Origin: an uncultured delta proteobacterium | GTDB lineage: Bacteria; Myxococcota_A; Polyangia; Polyangiales; Polyangiaceae | Reading direction: 5' to 3' | Length of the DNA: 64,000 nucleotides | NCBI GenBank assembly: GCA_963782055.1 | Contig: CAWAIF010000003.1 | Coordinates: 6,080,001 to 6,144,000, forward strand | In this document: positions 28,396 to 37,316 of the stretch, in pieces | Layout: every line of letters starts with the position of its first letter | How positions within the stretch are numbered: position 1 is the stretch's first letter | Program-made: the position numbers and the translations under genes | The notes under the pieces: generated by a model | The model's database searches: none | The model's input: the letters and a program-made list of their open reading frames with translations, nothing else | What the model was told of the DNA's origin: nothing

Positions 28396-29329
28396 ATGGA
28401 CCTGAAGGAGCTCATCGTCACGCCGGAGCTGGATGGCGTGCGCCTGGACAAGGCGGCCGCGGCGCTCGCCACCGGCCTGTCGCGCGCGCGGCTCAAGAAG
28501 GCCATCGACGATGGCCTGGTGCGCGTCAACGGCCGGCGGCTGCCCAAGGGCGCGCTGGTCACCAAGGGCGACGTGCTCTCCATCGACACCGCCGGCATCC
28601 CCGACCCGGACGCCCCGGCGGTCGCGACGCCCGACGCCCCGCTCGAGGTGCGCTTCGAGAGCCCGGAGGTCCTGGTGGTGGACAAGCCGGCGGGCCAGCC
28701 CACCGCGCCGCTCCGTCCCGGGGAGACGGGCACCCTCGCCAACGCGCTGCTCGGTCGCTACCCCGAGCTGCTCGGCGTCGGCTACGGCCCGCGCGAGCCG
28801 GGCATCGTGCACCGCCTGGACACCGACACCTCCGGCCTGGTGATCGTCGCGCGCAGCAAGGCGGCGTTCGAGGCGCTGCGCGCCGCCCTGCAGGAGGGGC
28901 GCGTGGAGAAGGCGTACCTGCTCGTGTGCGAGGGCAAGGACCTGCCCGACGAGGGCACCATCGCCTTCCCCATCGCCAACCACCCGAAGGACCAGCGCCG
29001 CGTGCAGGCGTGCGTGCACCCGCGCGACGTGATGCGGCTGCACCCGCGCCCGGCGTCGACGCGGTACCGCGTCGTGCGGCGGAGCGGGAAGTGGGCGCTC
29101 GTGGAGGCGCGCATCGAGAAGGCGCTGCGCCACCAGAATCCGCGTGCACTTCGGCGCGATCGAGCACCCGCTCGCGGGGGACAAGCTGTACGGCGGCGTG
29201 CCGGTGCGGGACCTGGAGCGCCACGCGCTGCACGCGTCGCTCGTCGCGTTCGCCGGGGCCGAGGGCGTGCCGGCGTTCCGCGTGGAGTCGAGCCTGCCGG
29301 CGGAGCTCGAGACGCTGCTGGCCAGCTAG
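28396..29329 (+). CDS. RluA/RluD family pseudouridine synthase (apparent +1 frameshift at 29137-29138)
   Basis: S4 domain, VDKPAG, HRLDTDTSG; HQIRVH restored by deleting one A; then HPLAGDKLYG..LHA. Confidence 0.88.
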
Positions 29330-29334
29330 TTGCG

Positions 29335-29757
29335 TCAGCCGGCGGCGACCTTCGTCAGGAGGCGCAGCAGGTCGCGGCGCTCTCGGGCGGTGAGCGAGGG
29401 GAAGCCGCTCGCCTCGAAGCCCAGAAGCGCGCGCACGACGGCCTTGCGGCGACGCGCGTCGAAGGGCGCGGGCTCGATGCGAAACGCCCGCTTGTCGGCC
29501 CCGTCGCGGGTGCGACGCACCAGGCCCGCCTTCTGCATGCGGTCGATCGCCCCGGTGAGGGTGCCGCTACTCAGCACGAGCGCGCGCTGCAGCTCCCCCA
29601 CCTTCATCGGTCCCTCGAACCACAGGAGCACGAGGATGTGCGCCTGCTCGGCGGAGAGGCCGAAGGGGCGCAGCAGGTTGTTGCAGTCGCGGTTCACCCG
29701 GCGGAACGCGCGGACGAGCGCGTAACCGAGGGACCCCGCGAGGCGATCGTCTTGCAT
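29335..29757 (-). CDS. MarR family regulator
   Basis: GLSAEQAHIL, TLTGAIDRMQKAGLVRR..DKR. Confidence 0.9.
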   Translation of the reverse strand: MQDDRLAGSLGYALVRAFRRVNRDCNNLLRPFGLSAEQAHILVLLWFEGPMKVGELQRALVLSSGTLTGAIDRMQKAGLVRRTRDGADKRAFRIEPAPFDARRRKAVVRALLGFEASGFPSLTARERRDLLRLLTKVAAG

Positions 29758-29782
29758 GCGAGATAATTACCTCGTATACGAG
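29751..29782. promoter_or_regulatory. Tandem palindromic operator (probable MarR site)
   Basis: Perfect palindrome CTCGTATACGAG at 29771-29782; 9/12 copy CTTGCATGCGAG at 29751-29762. Confidence 0.7.
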
Positions 29783-29793
29783 ATGACTGCACC

Positions 29794-30900
29794 ATGGATC
29801 GACTTCGCCTCCTCCTGGATCGGCTGGTGCTGCGGAGCAAGGACCCGCCCGCCGGCGGCGAGGTCGGGGAGGTACCCGCCGACCGCTACACCTCGCCGGA
29901 GCGCTTCGCCGGGGAGCTGCGCGTGCTCGGACGGACGCCGTCGCCCGTCGCGGTGGAGGCGGAGCTCGCCGTGCCGGGCGCGTGCGTGGCGGTGGAAGTC
30001 GGCGGCGTGCCGCTGATCGTCGCGCGCGGTGACGACGGCGTCTTCCGCGCCTTTCGCAACGCATGCCGCCACCGGTCGACGGAGCTCCTGGCGCAGGGCG
30101 CGCCCTGCACGAAGAAGGCGTTCGTCTGCCCGTACCACGGGTGGACCTACGACCTGCGTGGGCGCCGCATCCACCTCCCGCACCCCAAGGCCTTCGGCGC
30201 GATGGCCGACCCGCGCGATGGCCTGGTGCCGGCGCACGCCGAGGTCCGCCACGGCCTGGTGTGGGCGGCGCTCGCGCCCTTCGACCTGGACGCGCACGCC
30301 GCGCCCATCGCCGGCGACCTGGACGCGCTGGGGATGGATCGTCTCGCGCTCTACCGGCGCGCCACGCGCGAGGTGCGCGGCAACTGGAAGCTGATCGTCG
30401 ACGCCTTCCTGGACGGCTACCACATCCGCCACCTGCACCGCGACTCCATCTACCGCTTCTTCGTCGACGCCCTGGTCGAGGCCGAGCAGGCGGGGCCGCA
30501 CGTGCGCGCGCTCACCGCGCGGCGCGAGCTCCTGCAGGCGAAGGACCTGGCGGGCGCCGACGTGCGCGAGGTGGCGACGCCGAGCTACGTCGTCTTCCCG
30601 AGCACCGTCCTGGTCGCACACCCGGACTTCGTGAGCGTGCTCACCTGCACCCCGCGCGCCGCCGACCGCACCCTCTTCTCCCACGCGATGCTCGTGCCGG
30701 CGGAGCGCCGCGGCGAGGAAGCGCACTGGGCGAAGAGCTTCGCGCTCATCGACGAGACCGTCTTCGGCCGCGAGGACCTGGCGACGGTGGAGGCGATCCA
30801 GCGCGGCCTCGCCGCCGGCGCGTCGGAGACTCTCCTCTTCGGCGAGCTGGAGCAGGCGTCGCTCTGGTTTCACCGCACGCTGGACGCGGCGGTGGGCTAG
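29794..30900 (+). CDS. Rieske non-heme iron oxygenase alpha subunit
   Basis: NACRHR..CPYHGW Rieske motif; NWK..DGYHIRHLH..ED mononuclear Fe ligands. Confidence 0.9.
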   Translation: MDRLRLLLDRLVLRSKDPPAGGEVGEVPADRYTSPERFAGELRVLGRTPSPVAVEAELAVPGACVAVEVGGVPLIVARGDDGVFRAFRNACRHRSTELLAQGAPCTKKAFVCPYHGWTYDLRGRRIHLPHPKAFGAMADPRDGLVPAHAEVRHGLVWAALAPFDLDAHAAPIAGDLDALGMDRLALYRRATREVRGNWKLIVDAFLDGYHIRHLHRDSIYRFFVDALVEAEQAGPHVRALTARRELLQAKDLAGADVREVATPSYVVFPSTVLVAHPDFVSVLTCTPRAADRTLFSHAMLVPAERRGEEAHWAKSFALIDETVFGREDLATVEAIQRGLAAGASETLLFGELEQASLWFHRTLDAAVG

Positions 30901-31871
30901 GCGCTCGCCCGCACGTAAAGCGAGGGGGCGCACGCCCACGCGTCGATCGCCGCCGCGTCCTCCGCGAGGAGGAAGGGCGCGACCTCCTCCACCAGACCCA
31001 CGCGAGCCGTCGGTGCCCCCAGGCGGATCGCCGCCGCCTTCGCCACGGCCGCCACCATCGGGTGCGGCGACTGCACCAGCCGGGTCAGCTCCGGCACCAG
31101 CGTGGTGAGGCCCAGCTCCGCGACGAGCACCGCCGCGAGCGGCCGGCGATCCAGCTCGTGCTCGACGCGGTCGCGCAGCACCGCGCGCAGCGCGTCGATG
31201 GTCTGCGGCGACGCGGCGCGACCGCCGCCGAAGCGGTAGCCGGAGGTGGGGACGCCCAGGCGCGTGGACGCGGGCCCCTCGTGGAGCGCGTCGGCCGCGG
31301 CGGAGAGGAGCAGCTCGAAGTCGGGCTCGGTGGGGCCCTCGCCGCACCGCTCGCCGTCCATGTCCAGGGCGACGCGGCGGGAGGCCTCGCTCGTGTAGGC
31401 GTCCAGGTGCACGAGCAGCCGCTCCAGCGGGGCGGCGCCCGCCGTCCGGCCGGCGAACCGCTCGTGCTCGGTCTCGACCGAGACCACGCTCCACAGCGTC
31501 GAGGGCGTCGCCATGTCGCGGCCGTAGACCATGTGGAGCTGCACCCCGCGGAGCGCGGGCCAGTGCAGCACGCGCGGCGCGTCCTCCTCGCCGACCACCA
31601 CGCCCCACGGGGTGAAGCCGAGGCGCACGGCGGAGCTGCCCCACCGGCGCGTCGGGCCGCCGAGCTTGCGCAGCGCGAGCGCGAGACCGGTGGAGAGAGC
31701 GGCGGCGCCGAGCAGCGCCTCCTTCAGGCCAAGCTCGCCGAGGACGCCTGCCCCCAGGCCCGCGCCCAGCGTGAAGAGGCTCGCCGCCACGCGCGTGGCG
31801 AGCCTGGGCCCCGGCTCGAAGCCGACGTAGCGGAAGTCCGGGGGTGGGGCGAGCCGTCGAGCTGCGGGCAC
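30897..31871 (-). CDS. Hypothetical membrane protein with C-terminal HEAT-like helices
   Basis: Two TM segments, then a soluble domain; start uncertain. Confidence 0.6.
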   Translation of the reverse strand: MPAARRLAPPPDFRYVGFEPGPRLATRVAASLFTLGAGLGAGVLGELGLKEALLGAAALSTGLALALRKLGGPTRRWGSSAVRLGFTPWGVVVGEEDAPRVLHWPALRGVQLHMVYGRDMATPSTLWSVVSVETEHERFAGRTAGAAPLERLLVHLDAYTSEASRRVALDMDGERCGEGPTEPDFELLLSAAADALHEGPASTRLGVPTSGYRFGGGRAASPQTIDALRAVLRDRVEHELDRRPLAAVLVAELGLTTLVPELTRLVQSPHPMVAAVAKAAAIRLGAPTARVGLVEEVAPFLLAEDAAAIDAWACAPSLYVRASA

Positions 31872-31876
31872 GGGGG

Positions 31877-33085
31877 GTGCTTGAAGTGTACGATCCGGGC
31901 GAGTCCACCGCGAGCGTTCCCTTGCCCACGTGCGCCCACTGCAGAGCCGAAGTCCCGCCGCCGGTGCGCGTGTGCCCGTCGTGCCATGCGCTCGTGCCGC
32001 AGGGGCCACCGCCGATTGTCCCGGGCGCCACCATCGACCTCACGACGTCGCGCATCGTGGTGGACGCGCGCCTGGGCGAGGGGGGCATGGGCGTCGTGTG
32101 GCGCGCGTGGCGCTTCTACCCGCCGGGCGATCCTCGGTCGCAGTCGGGCCCGGAGCCGCTCGCGCTCAAGGTGCTTCGCCCGAGCGTGGGCGGCACCGAG
32201 CAGCTCAGGCGCTACTTCACGCGCGAGGCGGAGCTGCTCGCGCGCGTCTCCCACCCCAACGTGGTGCGCGCCTACGAGATGTTCGACCACGGGGGCGCGG
32301 CGGTGCTGGCGCTGGAGCTTGTCGACGGCGATCCGCTCGACGCCATCATCGCCCGGCACGTGGCGCGGGCGCGCCTCGCCGGGCCGGGCGCGCTGCCCGG
32401 CATGCCCTTCCTTCGGTCGTGGGCGTACTTCGAGCAGCTCCTCGGGGCGCTGGCGACGATGCACGCGCTCGGCGTGGTGCACCGCGACGTGAAGCCGCAG
32501 AACGTGCTGGTGCGGCGCGACGGGATCGTGAAGCTGGGCGATTTCGGGATCGCCAAGCACGTGCGCAATGACCCGAACGCGCCGCCGGACCTCGCCGGCA
32601 CCGACGCGGGCGCGGCGCCGGGCACCGGGGCGTACATGTCGCCGGAGCAGGTCCTCTCGCGGCCGCTGGACGGGCGCAGCGACCTCTACTCCGCCGCCAT
32701 CGTCCTGTACGAGATGCTCTCCGGGCGGACGCCCTTCACCACAGCGGGCAAGAGCGAGCTGCTGGTGCGGCAGGAGCAGGTGACGGGCGCGCCGCCGCCG
32801 CTCCGCGCCTTCGTCCCGCAGGCGCCGCCCGCGCTCGACGCCCTGTTCACTCGCGCCCTCGCGAAGGACGCGGCGCAGCGCTTCCAGGACGCCATCGCGA
32901 TGGGCAACGCCTTCCGCGGCGCCTTCGGCCTGGCCGAGACGGCCGAGTGGCGCGCGCAGATCGAGATGGCGCAGCGGGCCGCGGCGCCGGCGGCGGCGGA
33001 CACGGCGAAGCGGATGGGCACGCTGCGTGACTTCCTCGTCGAGCGCTACCAGACGGCGCCGATGCCCGCGCGCCCCGCGCGGTAG
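31877..33085 (+). CDS. Ser/Thr protein kinase with N-terminal zinc ribbon
   Basis: CAHC..CPSC; GEGGMG.V, HRDVKPQN, DFG, YMSPE; start uncertain (TTG 31922 possible). Confidence 0.9.
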   Translation: MLEVYDPGESTASVPLPTCAHCRAEVPPPVRVCPSCHALVPQGPPPIVPGATIDLTTSRIVVDARLGEGGMGVVWRAWRFYPPGDPRSQSGPEPLALKVLRPSVGGTEQLRRYFTREAELLARVSHPNVVRAYEMFDHGGAAVLALELVDGDPLDAIIARHVARARLAGPGALPGMPFLRSWAYFEQLLGALATMHALGVVHRDVKPQNVLVRRDGIVKLGDFGIAKHVRNDPNAPPDLAGTDAGAAPGTGAYMSPEQVLSRPLDGRSDLYSAAIVLYEMLSGRTPFTTAGKSELLVRQEQVTGAPPPLRAFVPQAPPALDALFTRALAKDAAQRFQDAIAMGNAFRGAFGLAETAEWRAQIEMAQRAAAPAAADTAKRMGTLRDFLVERYQTAPMPARPAR

Positions 33086-33095
33086 CGAGGCGGTC

Positions 33096-36000
33096 TCACG
33101 AGGGCGGCGGCACCGACTTCGCGCGCATCCGCATCGGTCCCTTCGCCTGCCCGGGCACGACGAGCTGCCGCGTCACCAGCGCCACGAAGACGAGTGTCTC
33201 GGCCGTGTCCAGCCCCACCCCGCTGCGCACGATGATCTCGGCGAGGGTGCCCGGGCGCGCGCGGATGGCGTCGAGCACGGCGTGCTCTTCGGGCGTGAGC
33301 CCGGCGAGGTCCAGCATCGACTCGGGGTGGAGGGTGAGCGGCAGCGACGCGGCGCGCTCCAGCGTCTTGCCGACGCGCGCGCGATCGCTCCAGGCGCGCA
33401 CCGCGACGAGCACCGCGGCGAGCGGGTCGGCGTCGGGCGTGTCGTCGGGGCCGGACGCGAGATCGACGTCCTCGTAGAAGGCGTACCGCGCGCCGGCGCC
33501 CAGGTTCACCACGTCCTGTAGCCGCGCCGGCTGCCCGTTCGAACGCACGCGCACCGGGGCCCCGCGCACCAGGTGCAGCAGGTGCCGCGCGCCGTCCGCC
33601 TCCACCAGCTCCAGCGTGCCGCTCAGGCCGTGGTCCAGCGCGTAGACGAGCACGTGCACGAGGGGCGTGGCGGCGAGATCGCCGCGCGCCGTCGCCTCCG
33701 GACCCGCGGGCCCGGGGGCTGGCGAGCGCAGCCGCTGCTCGCTGCCGGCGTCGCCGGGGTGCGAGTCGTCCCGCGCGAAGGAGCCGGTGGCCGGCGGCGG
33801 GCGCGAGGCGGTCGCCATGGGGCCCATCATCGAGCCGCTCGGGCTCGGCGCGGTCATGGGCGGGGGCGCGCTGCGCTCGGTCGCGGCCGGCGGTCCCTTG
33901 CGCCAGTTGTCGATGCTGACGACCTTGTCGATGCGCAGACCGTCGTCGCCGGTGAGGGCGAGCTCCACCTCGAAGGGCTCGGAGTACTCCTCGCCGGTCT
34001 CGTCGAGCACCAGCCGGGCGAGCGGCCCGTGCGAGGTGCCGCGGTTGGACGCGATGACCTCCGCCACCTCGCCGCTGGTGAGCTTGGCGACGGTCCCGGC
34101 CGGCACGAAGCCGAGCGTCGCGACCAGCAGGCGGAGGGCGGTGCGCTCGGGCGTCGTCTCCGCGCGGTCGGCCATCGCCGCGACGACCGTCTCCGGGTTG
34201 GGGAGCAGGGGGCCGCTGCGCTCGCACATCGCGTCGCAGTAGGCGCGGGCGGTGGTCACGAGGCGGGCGTGGAGCGTCGGCTTGCGCGTGCCGCGGTAGA
34301 CGGGGCCGGCGCCCTGCCCCATCCACGTCGCCTCGAAGCAGATGACCGAGCGCGCCAGCATGGAGGTGCTCCCGCGGCCCTGCGCGGCGAGCACCGCCGC
34401 GGCCGCCGAGACGAGCGCGAACTTCTCGGCGTCGCTGGCGCGCGCCTTCGCCGCGCCCTCGGCCATGGCGGCCAGGGCGATACGTGCAATCTGCACGCGA
34501 CTGTCGGTGAGGGAGCCGGCCATCGACGCGGCGAGGAAGGCGGCGCTCGCCGCGCGCGCCGCGTCGTCCCCGTCGGGGGAGCAGTCCACGGCGCTGGAGA
34601 CGAGCCACGCCGGGGTGCTCGCCAGCTCCGCCATCGCCTGCGCCACGCGCACGAGCACGTTGGGCGTGCGGTAGCGGCGCGAGCCGACGGCCGCGAAGTG
34701 GCGCCGGATGGCGACGACAGCCGCGGCGTAGGTGCGGATGACGCGCGGCTCGATCGGCAGGCGCTCGACCTCCAGCCCGCGGACGCGCAACAGATCGTGC
34801 GACGCGCGGAGCCGCACGCGCTGCGACGCGCAGGAGAAGCCCGAGCTCGCCTTGCGCAGCGCGGCGCGGGCGGCGCTCACGAGCGCCGCCGCGTCCTCGG
34901 CGTCGAGCGCGCCGTCCAGCGTCACGGCGACCGCGCCGAGCTGCGCGAGCACGTGGCCGATCGCCGCGGCGGCCTCGTAGACGGCGGCGCCCCCCCACAC
35001 GAGTCGGCCGGCGACCAGCGCGGCGCGGCGGGCCACGAAGATCTCCAGCGCGCCCCCGCCGGCGGCGCCGGGGTGGGCGCGCACGGCCTGGACGAGATCG
35101 TTGGCGGCGGCGATCTCGGCGGCGTCGGGCTTGCCCTCGGCGAGGCGCAGGGCGGCGGCGAGCGTCACGACGACGCGCGCGCCGGCCTCGTCCCGGGCGT
35201 CGCCTCGCGGCAGATCGATCGGCGTGCGCGGCGCCGCCAGCGGCACGTTGGCGGCCGCGGCCCGCGCCACGTCGTCGCCGCCCAGGCGCGCGAGCAGCGG
35301 CTCCAGCGCCACCTTGACCGGGTCGGGCATGGGCCGGCGGAAGGCGGCCAGGAGGGCGGGCACCTCCGCCTTGGCGACGCGCGCGAGCAGTGGCGCGACC
35401 TCCGCTGCGACGGCGGGGCGCTCCGGCAGGGCGCGCAGCAGCGCGGCGAACGCCTCCTTGCCGAACATGGCGCTGGTGACCGCGGCCTCCAGCTTCGGCG
35501 CGTCCTTCGCGCCCACGAGCCGCGCGAGCCGCTCCGACGCCGCCTGGCGCAGACGCACCGCCTCGGCCACGCGGCCGGCCTCGTAGAGCTCGACGGCGGT
35601 ACGCCGCAGCGCGCCGAGCACCGTGGCCACCTCCCCGGTCTTGGCGGCGTCCACCAGGCCCTCGGCGAGGACCTCGGCGTAGCGCTCGATCCACGCGTCG
35701 GTGTCGAGCTGCGTCGCGTACACCGCGCGGATCACCTCGTCCGGCGCGAGGGGCGACGCCTCCTCCTCCCGCGCCGAGCCGGCGGCGCGCGCCCCGTGGC
35801 ATCGCCGCGCCGCCTCGCCCTCGATGCGCAGCGACTCGGCGAAGAAGGCCTCGCGCGCGTCGACGTCGCCTTCGACCGCGACCAGACACGCCTCCACGCG
35901 CACGTGCGGCAGCGGCGCCTCCCAGAGGGCGATCCCCGGATCGCGCCCGGCGGAGACCTCTCCCGTCCACGCGGAGAGCAAGGTGCGCAGCTCCTCGGTC

Positions 36001-37259
36001 GTGATGCCGGGCGTGAAGCGAAGCCAGCGCACGCCGCACTCGAAGAGGCGGTGCACCAGCGGCTCCAGCGCGGCCTCCGGCGTCCACACCACGTGCTCGA
36101 AGGTGGCGAAGCCGAAGGGCCGCACCTCCAGCACCACCGCGGCGTGGCGGCGGCGGTGGATGTCGGCGAGGGCGTCGGTCGCGCGGTGCAGCGCCTGCTC
36201 GACCTCGGGGTCGGTCCACGAGCCGCCGAGGCCCTGCCGCAGCGCCTCTTCCAGGAGGGCGAGCCAGGCGGCGATCTCGCGCACGCGCGCGTCTCCCGCC
36301 TCGATGACCTCCTGCACCGGCGTGAGGTCGGCGACCTCGGCGTCGACGATGGAATCCTGCGGGGGTCGCTCGGAGAGGCGCGTCGCGGAGGACATGGCGG
36401 CGATGACGGCGCTCTGCATCTCGCGCGCGTCGCGGTAGCGGTCACGCGGCTCCCACGCCAGCGCGCGGTCGATGAGGCGCACCAGCTCCTGCGGCATGTC
36501 CGGGGCGATGTTCGCGATGGAAGGCACCGGCTCGTTGGCGGCGAGGTGCAGTGACTCCTTCTCCGTCTTGCCGCGGTGGATACGCCGCCCGGTGATGAGG
36601 GCGTGCAGGAGCGCCCCCACCGAGAAGACGTCGGAGCGACCGTCGATGCGGTTGACCTGGCCGCGCGCCTGCTCCGGCGACATGTACGCCGGCGTGCCCA
36701 GGGCGAGCCCGTGCGCGGGGCGCTCACCGCCCTGCTCGCGCGCCACGCCGAAGTCGAGCAGCTTCACCTCCCCGGCCCGCGTGAGGAAGAGGTTGGCCGG
36801 CTTGAGGTCGCGGTGCACCACGCCCTGCGCGTGGCACGCGGCGAGGCAGTCGAGCACGCGCTCGGCGATGTGCAGAGCCTGGGCGACGGGCACGGTGCGG
36901 CCGGTGCGACGCCACCAGTCGCGCACCGTCTCCCCCTCCAGCAGCTCCATGATGAGGAAGGGCTCGTCCGCCTCGGTGACGTCGTCGTCGAGGACCTTCA
37001 CGCACGCGGGGTGGCCGATCTTGTTGGCCAGGTACGCCTCGCGCAGGAAGCGATCCACCACCCCGCGGTCGCGCGCGAGGTCGATGTGCATGATCTTGAG
37101 CGCGGCGCGCTGCCCGTTGCGGTGGGTGGCCGCGTACACCGCCGCCATGCCGCCCAGTCCGAGCATGGCGTCCAGGTGCCATTTGTTCTTGACGAGACCG
37201 CCCACACGCCGCGACGCGGCGTCCTCTTCGCGTGAGCGCAAGACGTTGGGATCGGCCAT
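33096..37259 (-). CDS. Multidomain Ser/Thr kinase (kinase, helical region, degenerate HD-GYP-like, DUF4388-like)
   Basis: GLGGMAAV, HRDLKPAN, DFG, GTPAYMSPE; LGFVPAGTVAKLTSGEVAEV; RGDLAATPL..SGTLEL. Confidence 0.85.
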   Translation of the reverse strand: MADPNVLRSREEDAASRRVGGLVKNKWHLDAMLGLGGMAAVYAATHRNGQRAALKIMHIDLARDRGVVDRFLREAYLANKIGHPACVKVLDDDVTEADEPFLIMELLEGETVRDWWRRTGRTVPVAQALHIAERVLDCLAACHAQGVVHRDLKPANLFLTRAGEVKLLDFGVAREQGGERPAHGLALGTPAYMSPEQARGQVNRIDGRSDVFSVGALLHALITGRRIHRGKTEKESLHLAANEPVPSIANIAPDMPQELVRLIDRALAWEPRDRYRDAREMQSAVIAAMSSATRLSERPPQDSIVDAEVADLTPVQEVIEAGDARVREIAAWLALLEEALRQGLGGSWTDPEVEQALHRATDALADIHRRRHAAVVLEVRPFGFATFEHVVWTPEAALEPLVHRLFECGVRWLRFTPGITTEELRTLLSAWTGEVSAGRDPGIALWEAPLPHVRVEACLVAVEGDVDAREAFFAESLRIEGEAARRCHGARAAGSAREEEASPLAPDEVIRAVYATQLDTDAWIERYAEVLAEGLVDAAKTGEVATVLGALRRTAVELYEAGRVAEAVRLRQAASERLARLVGAKDAPKLEAAVTSAMFGKEAFAALLRALPERPAVAAEVAPLLARVAKAEVPALLAAFRRPMPDPVKVALEPLLARLGGDDVARAAAANVPLAAPRTPIDLPRGDARDEAGARVVVTLAAALRLAEGKPDAAEIAAANDLVQAVRAHPGAAGGGALEIFVARRAALVAGRLVWGGAAVYEAAAAIGHVLAQLGAVAVTLDGALDAEDAAALVSAARAALRKASSGFSCASQRVRLRASHDLLRVRGLEVERLPIEPRVIRTYAAAVVAIRRHFAAVGSRRYRTPNVLVRVAQAMAELASTPAWLVSSAVDCSPDGDDAARAASAAFLAASMAGSLTDSRVQIARIALAAMAEGAAKARASDAEKFALVSAAAAVLAAQGRGSTSMLARSVICFEATWMGQGAGPVYRGTRKPTLHARLVTTARAYCDAMCERSGPLLPNPETVVAAMADRAETTPERTALRLLVATLGFVPAGTVAKLTSGEVAEVIASNRGTSHGPLARLVLDETGEEYSEPFEVELALTGDDGLRIDKVVSIDNWRKGPPAATERSAPPPMTAPSPSGSMMGPMATASRPPPATGSFARDDSHPGDAGSEQRLRSPAPGPAGPEATARGDLAATPLVHVLVYALDHGLSGTLELVEADGARHLLHLVRGAPVRVRSNGQPARLQDVVNLGAGARYAFYEDVDLASGPDDTPDADPLAAVLVAVRAWSDRARVGKTLERAASLPLTLHPESMLDLAGLTPEEHAVLDAIRARPGTLAEIIVRSGVGLDTAETLVFVALVTRQLVVPGQAKGPMRMRAKSVPPPS

Positions 37260-37316
37260 GGGAGCGGGGAAATCAGCATACCGGCGCCACGCGGCCTTGA
37301 CGAGCCCCGCGTCCGG

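Noticed and set aside
36351..36356. Other GAATC sites as further indel errors (also about 1367, 9280, 40641)
   Set aside because: Reading frames and protein motifs are intact across these sites
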